Below are positions 51,335 through 63,626 of a stretch of DNA of 64,000 nt, one piece after another (the stretch's first letter is position 1; each line of letters starts with the position of its first letter). Origin of the DNA: an uncultured Acidobacteriota bacterium (GTDB lineage Bacteria > Acidobacteriota > Polarisedimenticolia > J045). The stretch is taken from contig CAVPCQ010000006.1 of assembly GCA_963702425.1 (NCBI GenBank), positions 1-64,000 of the forward strand, written 5' to 3'. Both the position numbers and the translations under genes were made by a program. The notes beneath the pieces are model-generated. The model made no database searches. It worked only from the letters and a program-made list of their open reading frames with translations, and was not told the DNA's origin.

Positions 51335-53143
51335 GGATCCCGCTCGACGAGCTCTTCGCGCGCTACGGCGCGACCATCGAGCCCGCCGAGCTCGAGCACG
51401 AGCTGCACCGCTTCGGCTGCTCGGTCGAGGGCTGGGCGACTGCCTATCGCTGGCGCTGCCCGTCATGCGGCACGCTCTCGGAAGGGGGCGAGGACGCCGC
51501 GCCGCCGCCGGCCTGCGAGGGTTGCGGGGTCGAACTGCGCTCCGCGGCAACGCTCGGCGTGCCGGCAGGCGAAGTCCGGGTGCTGCGGATGGAACTGCTC
51601 GCCGTGCGGCCCGACCTGTTCGGCCCGGAGGGGCTGGCGCGCGGGCTGCGGGGCTTCCTGCGCCGCGAGTCGGGTGCGCCGCGCTACCGCCTCGAGCCCG
51701 GGAGCTTCACGGTCGACGTGGATCCCGCGCTGGCCGGGCCGGGCGTGCACCGCCCGCGGATCGTCGCCGCGATCGTGCGCGGGCTGACGCTCGACGACGC
51801 GCGGCTGCGCGGCCTGATGAAGCTGCAGGAGAACGTCCACTGGGCGCTGGGCCGCGACCGCAAGCTGGCCTCGATCGGCGTCTACGACCTGGCGACCGTC
51901 GCCGGTCCCGCGCTCTCGTACCGCGCGGTCGAGCTGGACGGCGTGCGCTTCGTGCCGCTGGGCTTCGATCCGGCGCAGCCGCACGCCGCGCTGACGCCGC
52001 GCGAGATCCTGCAGAAGCACCCCAAGGGGACCGCCTACGCCTGGCTGCTGGAAGGGAACACCAGGGCCCCGCTGCTGGCCGACGCGAAGGGGAGCGTGCT
52101 GTCGATGCCGCCGATCATCAACAGTGAGGCGACGCGCGTCACCACCGCGACGAAGGACGTCGTGATCGACGTCACGGGTCTGGCCGACCGCCACATCGAC
52201 AAGGCGCTGGCGATGGTCGTGACCAGCCTGCTCGAGGCCTGCCCCGGGGCGCACGCCGAGACGGTCACGGTCCGGTACGCGGACGGGGCGCGCGTCACGC
52301 CCGACCTCGCGCCGCACGAGGTCGTCCTCGATCCCGTCGCCGCCGGCCGGTTGATCGGCGTGGCGTGGACCGCCGAGGACGTCGCCGAGCTGCTGCGCTT
52401 CATGCGCCACGACGCGACGGTGGTCGACGGCCAGGTGCATCGTCCAGGTCCCGGCGTGGCGCTCGGACATCCTGCATCCACGCGACCTGGTCGAGGACGC
52501 GGCGATCGCTCACGGCTACGACCGGATCCCCGCGGTCGGCCTGGCGGCGGCGACGATCGGACTGCCCGAGCAACGGGAAGAGGACGCCGCGCGGGCGCGC
52601 GAGGCACTCGCCGGGATGGGTTTCCTCGAGGTCATGACGCTCGCGCTGACCTCGGAGGAGGCGACCTACCGCAAGACCGGACTGCCCGACGACGACCGCC
52701 AGGTCACGATCGAGAACCCGATCTCGATCGAGCAGACGATGGTCCGGATCTCGGTCGTGCCGGGACTGCTGGAGACGCTGGCGATCAACCTCGGCCACCC
52801 GTATCCGCAGCGGATCTTCGAGGTCGGCCTCGTCGTGCACGCCGACGCGTCGCGCGAGACCGGCGCCGCGGAGACGATGGTCGCCGGCTGCGCGCTGGCG
52901 GGCGACGGATTCGGCTATGCCGACGCGCGCTCCGCGGTCGACGCGCTGCTGCGCGAGACCGGGCGCGACGGCGGCGGGACCAGCTTCCGCGCGCTCGACT
53001 GGCCGCTCTTCATCCCGGGCCGCGGGGCCGAGATCCTCGACGGGGCGGGGGAGCGAATCGGGGTCGTGGGCGAGGTCCACCCCGAGGTGCTGACCCGCTA
53101 CCGGATGATCCACCCGGTCGCGCTCGCCGAGATCACACTCTAA
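51322..53143 (+). CDS. pheT: Phenylalanine--tRNA ligase beta subunit, archaeal/eukaryotic type (apparent frameshift near 52440)
   Basis: RPDL, QENVH..LGRDRKLASIGVYDL, LSMPPIINS, RSDILHPRDLVED.AIAHGY, GEVHPEVL; about 600 aa, no B2 or B8 domain. Confidence 0.92.
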
Positions 53144-54281
53144 GCGCGGCGCGCACCGCGTAGACCAGCAGCCGGGCCTCGACGCCGCTGACCGTCAACG
53201 GGATCCGGCGCTCGGCCTTGAACCCGAGGTGCCGGGTGATCGCGGCGTTTCCGGACAGCGCGGCCAGCGTCCAGCCCGCCAGCCGTTGACGCGCCAGCGT
53301 TCCGAGTCCGCGCCACGCGCCGGCGGCCTCGTCGGCGAGCCGCAGCCCCCACGGCGGGTTGGTCAGGACGAGGCCCGGCCCATCCGGCGGCTCGACCGTC
53401 TCGATCTCGGCGCACTCGAGCTCGACGTGGCGCCCGAGTCCCTGGCGCGCGAGCGCGGCGCGCGCCTCGGCCAGCGCGCGCGGGTTGCGATCCGAGGCGA
53501 GGAACGGGGCGTGCAGCGGAATCCGTTCGGGGCGCAACTCCTGGGCGATCGCCTCGAGCGGGAGGCCCGCGAACGGGAGCAGGGTCGAGACGGCCAGCGA
53601 ATCCGGCGTTCGCTGCGGCGGGATCCCGAGCGCAAGCGCCGCCGCTTCGGCGACCAGGGTTCCCGTTCCGCAGAACGGGTCGAGCAGCGGGCGCTCGGGA
53701 TCGACGCCCGCCAGCAGGGCGATCCCCGCCGCGACGTCTTCCCGCAGCGGAGCGATCCCCTGGCGGCCGGTCCCCCGCGCGTGGAGGCTGTGACCGCCGA
53801 GGTCGATCCCGGCCGACGCCGCGCCGCGCTCGAGCCGGAAATCGACCAGGATCCGCGCCCCGCGCGGGTCGACGGGAGGGCACGCGAGGCCCCGCGCGGC
53901 GAAGCGGTCGCGGACCGAGTCCTTGACCAGCCGCGCGGTGTGGAGCGGTGAGCGCAACTCCTCCGTGGTGCCGGTGACGCGGACGGCCCAGCCGACCTCG
54001 CGCGGCAGCCACTCCTCCCAAGCGATCCGGGTCAACTCGGGCTGAAACCCCTCGGCCTCCTCGGGGAGCCCCGTCGCGAGTTCCAGGATCACGCGCGGCG
54101 CCGAGCGCAGCCCGAGCGTCAGCCGCGCCCCCAGCAGCAGGTCGCCCGGCACGCGCACGGCGCCTCGGGCCGCGGACAGCGGCTCGGGGCCGCCGAGACG
54201 GCGCACCTCGTCCGCCACCGCCGGCTCGAGGCCGGCGGTCACGGCGAGGCGGAAGACGAGAGGGGCCGCCGTAAAGCTCAG
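53133..54281 (-). CDS. THUMP-domain SAM-dependent RNA methyltransferase (RlmL/YpsC-like); start uncertain (CTG 54281 or GTG 54242)
   Basis: [47 protein letters not shown]. Confidence 0.88.
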   Translation of the reverse strand: MSFTAAPLVFRLAVTAGLEPAVADEVRRLGGPEPLSAARGAVRVPGDLLLGARLTLGLRSAPRVILELATGLPEEAEGFQPELTRIAWEEWLPREVGWAVRVTGTTEELRSPLHTARLVKDSVRDRFAARGLACPPVDPRGARILVDFRLERGAASAGIDLGGHSLHARGTGRQGIAPLREDVAAGIALLAGVDPERPLLDPFCGTGTLVAEAAALALGIPPQRTPDSLAVSTLLPFAGLPLEAIAQELRPERIPLHAPFLASDRNPRALAEARAALARQGLGRHVELECAEIETVEPPDGPGLVLTNPPWGLRLADEAAGAWRGLGTLARQRLAGWTLAALSGNAAITRHLGFKAERRIPLTVSGVEARLLVYAVRAALRV

Positions 54282-54631
54282 GCGAGCGCGGCGCGCGCCT
54301 TGTCGACGAGCTGCGTGAAGGTCTGCGGCTGCTGCAGCGCCAGGTCGGCCAGAACGCGCCGATCGAGCTCGATGCCGGCCCTCTTCAACCCGTCGATGAA
54401 GCGGCTGTAGGAGATCCCGTTGGCGCGCGAGGCGGCGCCGATGCGGGTGATCCACAGCGCGCGGAAGTGGCGCTTCTTCTGCTTGCGCCCGGCGTAGGCG
54501 AAGAGCAGGGAGCGATCGACCTGCAGCTTCGCGATCCGGTAGCAGTTGTGCTTCGAGAGGTAGTAGCCCTTGGCCCGGGCCAGGATCTTGCGCCGGCGGT
54601 CGCGCCGGTTGGTACCCCGTTTCACGCGCAT
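54278..54631 (-). CDS. rplT: 50S ribosomal protein L20
   Basis: MRVKRG, AKGY, R.LWITRI.AA, SYSRFI.GLK, DR.VLADLA. Confidence 0.97.
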   Translation of the reverse strand: MRVKRGTNRRDRRRKILARAKGYYLSKHNCYRIAKLQVDRSLLFAYAGRKQKKRHFRALWITRIGAASRANGISYSRFIDGLKRAGIELDRRVLADLALQQPQTFTQLVDKARAALA

Positions 54632-54706
54632 GGTGCGTTCTCCTTTCTCACCCTGGCCGGACGGGGAAGACCGGCTTCAGGTGACGCGGCGAGCTGGGCT
54701 CGGCCG

Positions 54707-54910
54707 TCAGGGGCGCCCGTAGGGGAGCATGCCGTTGAAGTTCTTCTCGTCGGCCTTGGAGATGAACGTCTCGGTGTCCAGGTGGCGGCGCCGTTTGCTG
54801 TCCTTCTTGGTGAGAATGTGACTCTTGTTGGCCTTGGAGCGCTTGAGCTTGCCGGTGGCCGTGATCCGGATTCTCTTCGCGGCGCCCCGGTGGGTCTTCA
54901 TCTTCGGCAT
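54707..54910 (-). CDS. rpmI: 50S ribosomal protein L35
   Basis: [28 protein letters not shown]. Confidence 0.97.
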   Translation of the reverse strand: MPKMKTHRGAAKRIRITATGKLKRSKANKSHILTKKDSKRRRHLDTETFISKADEKNFNGMLPYGRP

Positions 54911-54943
54911 GGCGGACTCCTGTGGGTGCCTTCTCGTGCGGTT

Positions 54944-56884
<1,941 letters not shown>

Positions 56885-57020
56885 CCTACCGCTCCCTTGC
56901 TCCGTCTTCCGCGTGGCGCAACGGCCGCGCGAACGGCGCCGCGGCCGCCCGGTTCGGCCCAGCCCGCGGCTGCGTCCCCGGTCTTCCGATGGGGAAGGCC
57001 CGTCCACCGGGCCCCGGGAC

Positions 57021-57095
57021 TGGTAGGCGCGGGCGGTTTCGAACCGCCGACCTCTACCGTGTCAAGGTAGCGCTCTCCCACTGAGCTACGCGCCT
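57021..57095 (-). tRNA. tRNA-Val(GAC)
   Basis: AGGCGCGTAGCTCAGTGGGAGAGCGCTACCTTGACACGGTAGAGGTCGGCGGTTCGAAACCGCCCGCGCCTACCA folds as a cloverleaf with anticodon GAC and encoded CCA. Confidence 0.97.
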
Positions 57096-57172
57096 GTACG
57101 CTTGCCGCCGCACACCGGCGGGCGGCACCTCACCCAAGCGGCGTTCGCACGCCGGCAGGGGCGAAGTCGGGG

Positions 57173-57201
57173 ATGCTAGCAGCCCCCCCAGGGGGTGTCA
57201 A
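57173..57201 (-). promoter_or_regulatory. sigma70 promoter for tRNA-Val/thrS
   Basis: TTGACA-17 nt-TAGCAT with extended TG. Confidence 0.75.
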
Positions 57202-57353
57202 TCCGCGCCGGGTCAGCAGTTACGGGAATTGCCCGTGCTGGTTGCCGCGGGCCGCCGCCGTCCGCTAACATTCAGCGGTTCGACCCGCGCCGGATCTCAC
57301 TTCGCCTGACTTTCTCCTGCCGCCGGGACGGCGCGCCGGGACCGGAGCACTCG

Positions 57354-58502
57354 ATGGAATCCATCCTCGCCCTCGAAGACGGCCGTGTCTTCCAGGGGAA
57401 ACGGTTCGGTGCGGTCGGCGGGGTCAGTGGCGAGGTCGTCTTCAATACCGGGATGACCGGCTACCAGGAGATCCTCACCGATCCGTCCTATGCCGGCCAG
57501 TTGGTCTGCCTCACCGTGCCCCACGTCGGGAACACGGGCGTCAACTCCCAGGACCCCGAGGCCGACCGGATCCAGGCGGCCGGCCTGATCGTCCGCGAGG
57601 GCTCGACGACCGCCTCGTCCTGGCGCGCCGACGGCGACCTCCCGCAGTACCTCGTCTCGGCCGGCGTCGTCGGCATCAGCGGGATCGACACCCGCGCGCT
57701 GACCCGCCACCTGCGCTCGGCCGGCGTGATGCGCGGCCTGCTCGCGACCGACGGGACAGGTGCCGAGGAGGCGGTCGCCCGCGCCCGCTCCGCCCCCGCG
57801 ATCGGCGACGTCGACCTGGTGGGACGGGTGACCTGCGCCCGCTCGCACGCCTGGCGCGAGGGTCGTTCCGGCCTGCTCGGTGCCTTCTCCGAGGCGCCGG
57901 CGATGGGACCGCACGTCGTCGCCTTCGACTACGGGATCAAGCGCAACATGCTCCGGCTGCTGGCCGACTCCGGCTTCCGGCTGACCGTGGTGCCGGCGCA
58001 CACCTCGGCCTCGGAGGCGCTGGCGCTGCGTCCGGACGGGATCTTCCTCTCCAACGGGCCCGGGGACCCTGCGGTCTGCCGGTCCCAGATCGAAACGATC
58101 CGCGCGCTGCTGGGACGGGTGCCGATCTTCGGGATCTGCCTCGGCCACCAGCTCGCGGCGCACGCGCTGGGAGGAATGACATTCAAGCTCAAGTTCGGCC
58201 ACCGCGGGATCAACCATCCCGTGCGGGACGAGCGCACCGGCCGGGTCGCCATCACCTCGCAGAACCACGGCTATGCCGTGGCCGACGAGGGGCTGCCGGA
58301 CGCCGTCGAGGTCACGCACCGCAGCCTCTACGACGGGACCGTGGAGGGCCTGGCCCACCGCGAGCTGCCGTTCTTCAGCGTGCAGTACCACCCCGAAGCG
58401 GCGCCGGGTCCCCACGACGCGTGGGACCTCTTCGGCCGCTTCGCCCAGATGATGGCCGCCGGGCGTCCGCATGTTCCGTCCGTGCGGTTGCGCTCGGCAT
58501 GA
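57354..58502 (+). CDS. carA: Carbamoyl-phosphate synthase small subunit
   Basis: GEVVFNTGMTGYQE.LTDPSY, LSNGPGDP, GICLGHQ, TSQNHG, QYHPE. Confidence 0.97.
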   Translation: MESILALEDGRVFQGKRFGAVGGVSGEVVFNTGMTGYQEILTDPSYAGQLVCLTVPHVGNTGVNSQDPEADRIQAAGLIVREGSTTASSWRADGDLPQYLVSAGVVGISGIDTRALTRHLRSAGVMRGLLATDGTGAEEAVARARSAPAIGDVDLVGRVTCARSHAWREGRSGLLGAFSEAPAMGPHVVAFDYGIKRNMLRLLADSGFRLTVVPAHTSASEALALRPDGIFLSNGPGDPAVCRSQIETIRALLGRVPIFGICLGHQLAAHALGGMTFKLKFGHRGINHPVRDERTGRVAITSQNHGYAVADEGLPDAVEVTHRSLYDGTVEGLAHRELPFFSVQYHPEAAPGPHDAWDLFGRFAQMMAAGRPHVPSVRLRSA

Positions 58503-58527
58503 GCGCCTTTTCGCGGAGAGGGTAAGG

Positions 58528-59673
58528 ATGGCCGACTGGAAGTCGCCGATGCGTGCGGATCCCTCCGAGTGGCTGGTGCTCAACGCCGGGGCGCCACTCA
58601 AGTACCGCCTGCTGACCGAGCTGCACAACCTCACCGTGGCCGACCCCAACGTCGCCAAGCTGCGGCAGGAGTGCATCGCCTGGCCGGCGGCGAAGCAGGA
58701 GATGCGTTACCAGCGCCAGGACGGCTCGTGGGGTGGCGTGGCGCTGGGGGGCGATCCGCGCAAGACCGAGCGCTCGACCGAGCGCACGCTCTGGTGGCTC
58801 TACGAGCTGACCTGGGACCGCGAGTCGAAAGAGGTGCGCAACGCGGCCAAGATGCTCAAGAGCTTCCTGACCCACAAGAAGGACATCCCGCTCTTCGAGT
58901 TCAAGACGCAGGTCAAGCAGGACCCGCTGCGCGAGCGGCACTATCGCTGGCTGCTCAAGATCGCGGCACTCCCGCTGCTGGCCCGCGGCGGCTACCTCGA
59001 GGACAAGGTCCTCGACGCGGTCGAGGAGCTGATGAACAACGTCATGTCGTTCGTCAGCGACCCGGTCTCGCGCCGCCCGGTCGAGCACGTCGGCGTCGGC
59101 CTGCCGCAGCTCCGGCCGGAGGCGTTCCGGCAGCACTACGTCTTCATCCCCGACATCTACATCCTGCGGACCTTCGCCCACGTGCCGATGATGCTCGACT
59201 CGCAGCGGGCGCGGAACATCCTCAAGAAGATCTTCGACTACGTGCTTTCGCCGGACTACCAGGACCTCGGCTACGACATCGGGTCGATCCGGACGGCGCG
59301 CGGCTCGATTCCGCGGAGCTTCGGGATCCAGCTGCGGCCGATCGAGGAATACACCGAGAAGGGGAACCTCGAGGAGCTGTTCTACCTGCTCGAGCAGTTC
59401 GCGCGGCTGGGGCTGATCAACCGCTACCCGACCCTGATGGGCTACCTCGAGTGGCTGCTGGCCCAGCAGCAGAAGGACGGGCGCTGGGACCTGCCGCAGA
59501 AGTACTTCGGCGGCAAGCCGCTCTACCAGTCGTGGGTCCGGCTCGAGAAGGACTGGAAGAGCCCCAACCGGCGGATCGCCGACGTGACCTTCCGGATCAT
59601 GCTGATCCTGCGCTACCAGTGGGAGCGGCAGATCAAGATGCTCGACCGCGGCGCCGACATGTATGCCTTCTGA
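58528..59673 (+). CDS. Hypothetical protein with two QW-like motifs (prenyltransferase/squalene-cyclase-like alpha/alpha fold)
   Basis: QRQDGSW and QQKDGRW motifs, helical composition, strong host-like codon usage. Confidence 0.65.
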   Translation: MADWKSPMRADPSEWLVLNAGAPLKYRLLTELHNLTVADPNVAKLRQECIAWPAAKQEMRYQRQDGSWGGVALGGDPRKTERSTERTLWWLYELTWDRESKEVRNAAKMLKSFLTHKKDIPLFEFKTQVKQDPLRERHYRWLLKIAALPLLARGGYLEDKVLDAVEELMNNVMSFVSDPVSRRPVEHVGVGLPQLRPEAFRQHYVFIPDIYILRTFAHVPMMLDSQRARNILKKIFDYVLSPDYQDLGYDIGSIRTARGSIPRSFGIQLRPIEEYTEKGNLEELFYLLEQFARLGLINRYPTLMGYLEWLLAQQQKDGRWDLPQKYFGGKPLYQSWVRLEKDWKSPNRRIADVTFRIMLILRYQWERQIKMLDRGADMYAF

Positions 59674-61728
59674 CCGGCCCGCCGGCGCGCCGGCGCTGCT
59701 GGTCTCGCGCGCCGTCCGGCGCCGGGCGCACGAGGTGGCGATCGGGAACGTGACCGTCGGCGGGCGGTACCCGATCGCGATCCAGTCGATGACCACGACC
59801 CGCACCGCGGACGCCGCGGCCACCGCCGCCCAGGTCGCCGCGCTGGCGCGCGCCGGCTGCGCGATCGTGCGCGTGACGGTCCCCTCCAAGCCGGACGCCG
59901 AGGCGCTCCCGGAGATCCGGCGCCTGCTGGCGCAGGAAGGGGTGACGGTCCCGCTCGTCGCGGACATCCACTTCACGCCGAACCTGGCGCTCGCCGTGGT
60001 CGACCTGGTCGAGAAGGTGCGGGTGAACCCCGGGAACTTCGCCGACCGCAAGAGCCTGAAGGGCGAGGCCTACGACGACGCGCGCTGGGACCAGGACGTG
60101 CAGCGCCTCTACGAGCTCTTCGCGCCGCTCGTCGACCGCGCGCGGGAGCGGGGCGTGGCGCTGCGGATCGGCACCAACCACGGCTCGCTCTCCGACCGGA
60201 TCGTGCACCGCTTCGGCGACAGCCCGCTGGGGATGGTCGAGTCGGCGCTGGAGTTCGTCCGGATCGCCGAGGACCGCGGCTTCGACCGGATCGTGATCTC
60301 GATGAAGGCCAGCAACCCGCAGGTCATGGTGCGCGCCTACCGGCTGCTGGTGGACCGCCTCGACCGCGAGCACCGGCCGTACCCCTTGCACCTCGGCGTG
60401 ACCGAGGCCGGAGGGGGCGACGAGGGGCGGATCAAGTCGTCGGCCGGGATCGCGACGCTGCTGGCCGACGGGCTGGGCGACACCGTGCGGGTCTCGCTCA
60501 CCGAAGACCCGGTCAACGAGGTGCCGGTGGCGCGGGAACTGGTCCGGCAGTTCGGACTGGGCGGGACTCTGCCCGCAGCGGTCGTTGAGACGAGCGGGTC
60601 CGCTCGAGCGCGGCGGGAATCCGCGGGTCGAGGTCGTGGAGACGAGGGATCCGCTCGACCCGGTGCGTCGCGCCGCGGCGCGGATCGAAGCCGGTCCGAT
60701 GGCCTTCGGCGGCGACGAAGTGCCGCGCGTCGAGCTGGTCGTTCCGGCCGGGGGCGCGCGCGAGGTGGCGGCCCTGCTGGCGCTGCGGCCGCCGGTCGAG
60801 GTGGTCGACGTGCCGGTGGAGGATGCCGCCGGGCTCGACGCCGCCGTCGCCTTCCTCGTGCAGTTCCCGGCGGGGGTCGTGACGCGCTCGCTCACGCTGG
60901 AGAACGCGCAGGCCCGCGCTGCGGCGTTCGCGCGCCGCGCGGCGTGGGCCTTCCGGGTCGACCGGCTCACGCTCGTGGTCGATGAGGACGAGTCATTCGG
61001 CGCATCCCTCGCAGCGACCGGCGGCCTGCCCGTCCTCGTCCTGCTGCGCACGGACGGCGCGCCGGGAGCCGCGGGGACCGAAGCGATCGCGCGCTTTGCG
61101 TCGGCCGTCGCCGGCCTCGCCCCGGGCGTGATGGCAGGATTGCAGCTCGGAGAATGCGCCGCGCCGATCGAATCGTTCCGCCTGCTGGCCGCGTGCCTCG
61201 ACCGGGCCGGCTCGCGGGCTGCCGATCGTGCTCGGCGATCGTCCGTCTGCGGCCGGCGACGACCGCCGGATCGGCGTCGCGGGGCGGCTCGGCTCGCTGC
61301 TGCTGGACGGGATCGGCGACGCGGTGCGGCTCCCCGCGGCACCCGACGCCGCGGCGACGGCGAAACTCCTGCACGACGTGCTGCAGGCGGCGCGCCGCCG
61401 ACTCGAGCGCGCCGACTACATCGCCTGCCCGTCGTGCGGACGGACGCTCTTCGAGCTCGAGGAGACGACCGAGCGGGTGCGGCAGCTGACCGCGCACCTG
61501 AAGCTGAAGATCGCGGTGATGGGGTGCGTCGTGAACGGGCCGGGCGAGATGGCCGACGCCGACTTCGGCTACGTCGGGTGGGGCGCGGGGAAGGTGGCGC
61601 TCTTCGTCGGCCGCGAGCTGGTCGAGCGCGACGTGCCGTCGGCCGAGGCGCCGCAGAAGCTGGTCGAACTGATCCGCGCTCGCGGGCGCTGGACCGACCC
61701 GGAACCCGCGCCGGAAACCGCTCCGTAG
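59663..61728 (+). CDS. ispG: HMBPP synthase IspG, long three-domain form (apparent frameshifts near 60590 and 61225)
   Basis: [48 protein letters not shown]; C-terminal CPSCGRT and [10 protein letters not shown]. Confidence 0.93.
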
Positions 61729-61908
61729 CCCGCTTCGGTCCGGATCCGGTCTCGGTCCGGCCAGCGTCCGGTCGAGCTGGCCGATCGTCGGACAGCGTGA
61801 CCCGCGCCTCGCTTCCGGCCGGTCGGCAAGCGAAGCCCGAAGTCACGTTCTCGCTTCGACTTGCCGGCGTGTACCCGGCTGGCACGGGGGTTGTAATAGG
61901 AATGTTCG

Positions 61909-62868
61909 CTACCGAGAGCCGCCCTCACGAAACCGGAGTGGCCCGACCCTCCGGACTCGCGGCTCAGAAAGGACTCGCGCGCCCCTGACCCTCTCCTCTT
62001 CGGGACCTCCGCACCCTCGGGGCCCTGGCCGATCCCCCCGGCCAGGGCCCCAAAATCTTCCGTGGACCTCCTGGAGTCGCTGCGGGGCGCCCGCGCCGGC
62101 GATTCTGGCCCCAACGCGGCTCAGCTCGCGCTTCCCATTTCCCCACAGCTCCTTCGCGGCTCGCATGTCCTCTTGGCACTCACGACAGAGGTCCCGCACG
62201 AGCCTGAACGTGAACAAGCCTCTCAGTACGGCGTAGGCCACTGACCGTCCGGTTGGAGGAGCCAGGATGCAATCAGGGTTTCTGCAATGCCCTCCAAGCA
62301 CACCGATATCGTAGCAGTGGGCCGGGTTCGTCCCCAGGCCCAGTACGTGCGCGAATTCGTGTTTCAGTGTTCGCGCCTCGAGATACTCGCCCGGAACCCT
62401 GTCCTGCGCGACGAAGATCCCGAAATATGCCCCCTCACCGCACCCCTCCGCCTCCACACGTTCCATGAATGCATAACTTTCATCGTGACCGACATACCTC
62501 ACGAAGACATGTCTATTCCGCGTTGGCCATTGCTTCCGACACGTCACAACCCCCAGATTGTCCCACTCCACCTCTTCCGCGACCGACTCGCCCCACACCC
62601 AGCGACAACTCACCCCTGAGTACTGCGCGCAGAACTCCGTGAGCTCGTCGAGGGCCCTCTCTGAGGGCTTCTCTCCTTCCGCGTGATAGACGACAAACAC
62701 CACCGAGACGGCTGCTGGCGCAAAGTACTCCTCGCGGAGGCCCCACGGAGCACTGCTTGTTGCTGTCTGCACCTCCGGTAGTGGATGTCGTAGAACGGTC
62801 CGGCAGCCAGTCACGACGCCTCCGACCGAGCACGCACACGCGACCAGCCAGAAGCGTCGGTACATCAT
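61909..62868 (-). CDS. Putative lipoprotein with zinc metalloprotease (archaemetzincin-like) motif; true 3' end uncertain
   Basis: MMYRR..VTGC lipobox-like leader; HEFAHVLGL...GHCRNPDCIL...LCREC. Confidence 0.65.
   Translation of the reverse strand: MMYRRFWLVACACSVGGVVTGCRTVLRHPLPEVQTATSSAPWGLREEYFAPAAVSVVFVVYHAEGEKPSERALDELTEFCAQYSGVSCRWVWGESVAEEVEWDNLGVVTCRKQWPTRNRHVFVRYVGHDESYAFMERVEAEGCGEGAYFGIFVAQDRVPGEYLEARTLKHEFAHVLGLGTNPAHCYDIGVLGGHCRNPDCILAPPTGRSVAYAVLRGLFTFRLVRDLCRECQEDMRAAKELWGNGKRELSRVGARIAGAGAPQRLQEVHGRFWGPGRGDRPGPRGCGGPEEERVRGARVLSEPRVRRVGPLRFREGGSR
62019..62051. terminator. 13 bp perfect GC-rich hairpin, possible terminator
   Basis: GGGGCCCTGGCCG-7 nt-CGGCCAGGGCCCC; no clean U tract downstream on either strand. 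Confidence 0.45.
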
Positions 62869-63596
62869 CAACGCACCCGCGTGCCAGCTCGCGTCAGCAA
62901 CAGGACGCCACATCCCACCAAACACAACGCTATCGCCGCCAGCTGGGCTCGGTTGACATCTGTCAGGCCGGTCGGACCGTCAAGCCGAAGGTACTGCAGC
63001 GCGAACCGGATCGCTCCGAAGGAGAGCAGGTAGAACCCGGTTGCGAACCCATCACCGATGCGTTCACGCCGAAGAATCAACACGAGGAGAACTCCGGCCA
63101 CGGCCGCCGCTTCGTAGAGCTGTACTGGGTGCAGCGGGATTGGGCCCACCAAGAGAGCGGCTGCGCTTGCCGGTGGCGGTCTCATGCCGAGGAAGAACGT
63201 CGTCGGGCGCCCCAGGCAACATCCGTTGACGAAGCAGCCCAGCCGCCCGACGACCTGACCGACACTCACAGACACGAAGGCGCAGTCCAGCGCTGTCAGA
63301 AATGGAACCCTCACAGCGGCCGCCCCTAATGCAACCCCACCGATCCCGCCGACCAGACAACCGAGAATGGTCGCCGGAGCACGCAACGGCGACGCCAAGA
63401 GACTTCTAGCCGCCGTCAGGAAGCCAATACTCCCGTGCCCAAATAGCACTGGCTCGAGAAGTACTCCTCCGTACGAACCAAGTACGAGCGCTGGTACGAC
63501 TACCGCGATCGCCCTCGGTCCGGCCCGTAGCCACAGTAGCCAGCCGCATACAGCGGCGCCGCACAGGGTCGCTGCCAGGTACAGGGAAGCCGCCAT
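62868..63596 (-). CDS. Prolipoprotein diacylglyceryl transferase (Lgt) family protein
   Basis: GRLGCFVNGCCLGRPT, HPVQLYEA, Y...RF..QYLR, multiple TM helices. Confidence 0.8.
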   Translation of the reverse strand: MAASLYLAATLCGAAVCGWLLWLRAGPRAIAVVVPALVLGSYGGVLLEPVLFGHGSIGFLTAARSLLASPLRAPATILGCLVGGIGGVALGAAAVRVPFLTALDCAFVSVSVGQVVGRLGCFVNGCCLGRPTTFFLGMRPPPASAAALLVGPIPLHPVQLYEAAAVAGVLLVLILRRERIGDGFATGFYLLSFGAIRFALQYLRLDGPTGLTDVNRAQLAAIALCLVGCGVLLLTRAGTRVR

Positions 63597-63626
63597 GGAT
63601 CGACGCCAGGGCTCACGCTATCGCGC

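Noticed and set aside
50590-53163. PheS-PheT single-chain fusion (857 aa ORF)
   Set aside because: PheS motifs 2 and 3 continue in another frame to the stop at 51334; indel artefact
56885-57020. T-box or other thrS leader riboswitch
   Set aside because: No T-box consensus or terminator/antiterminator visible
57021-57095. tRNA-Val as an integration site
   Set aside because: No integrase and no duplicated tRNA 3' end seen in the window; flanks are housekeeping
61909-62140. C-terminal tail of the metalloprotease ORF as genuine protein
   Set aside because: Low-complexity read-through across a strong hairpin and host-like sequence; probably a lost stop or junction effect
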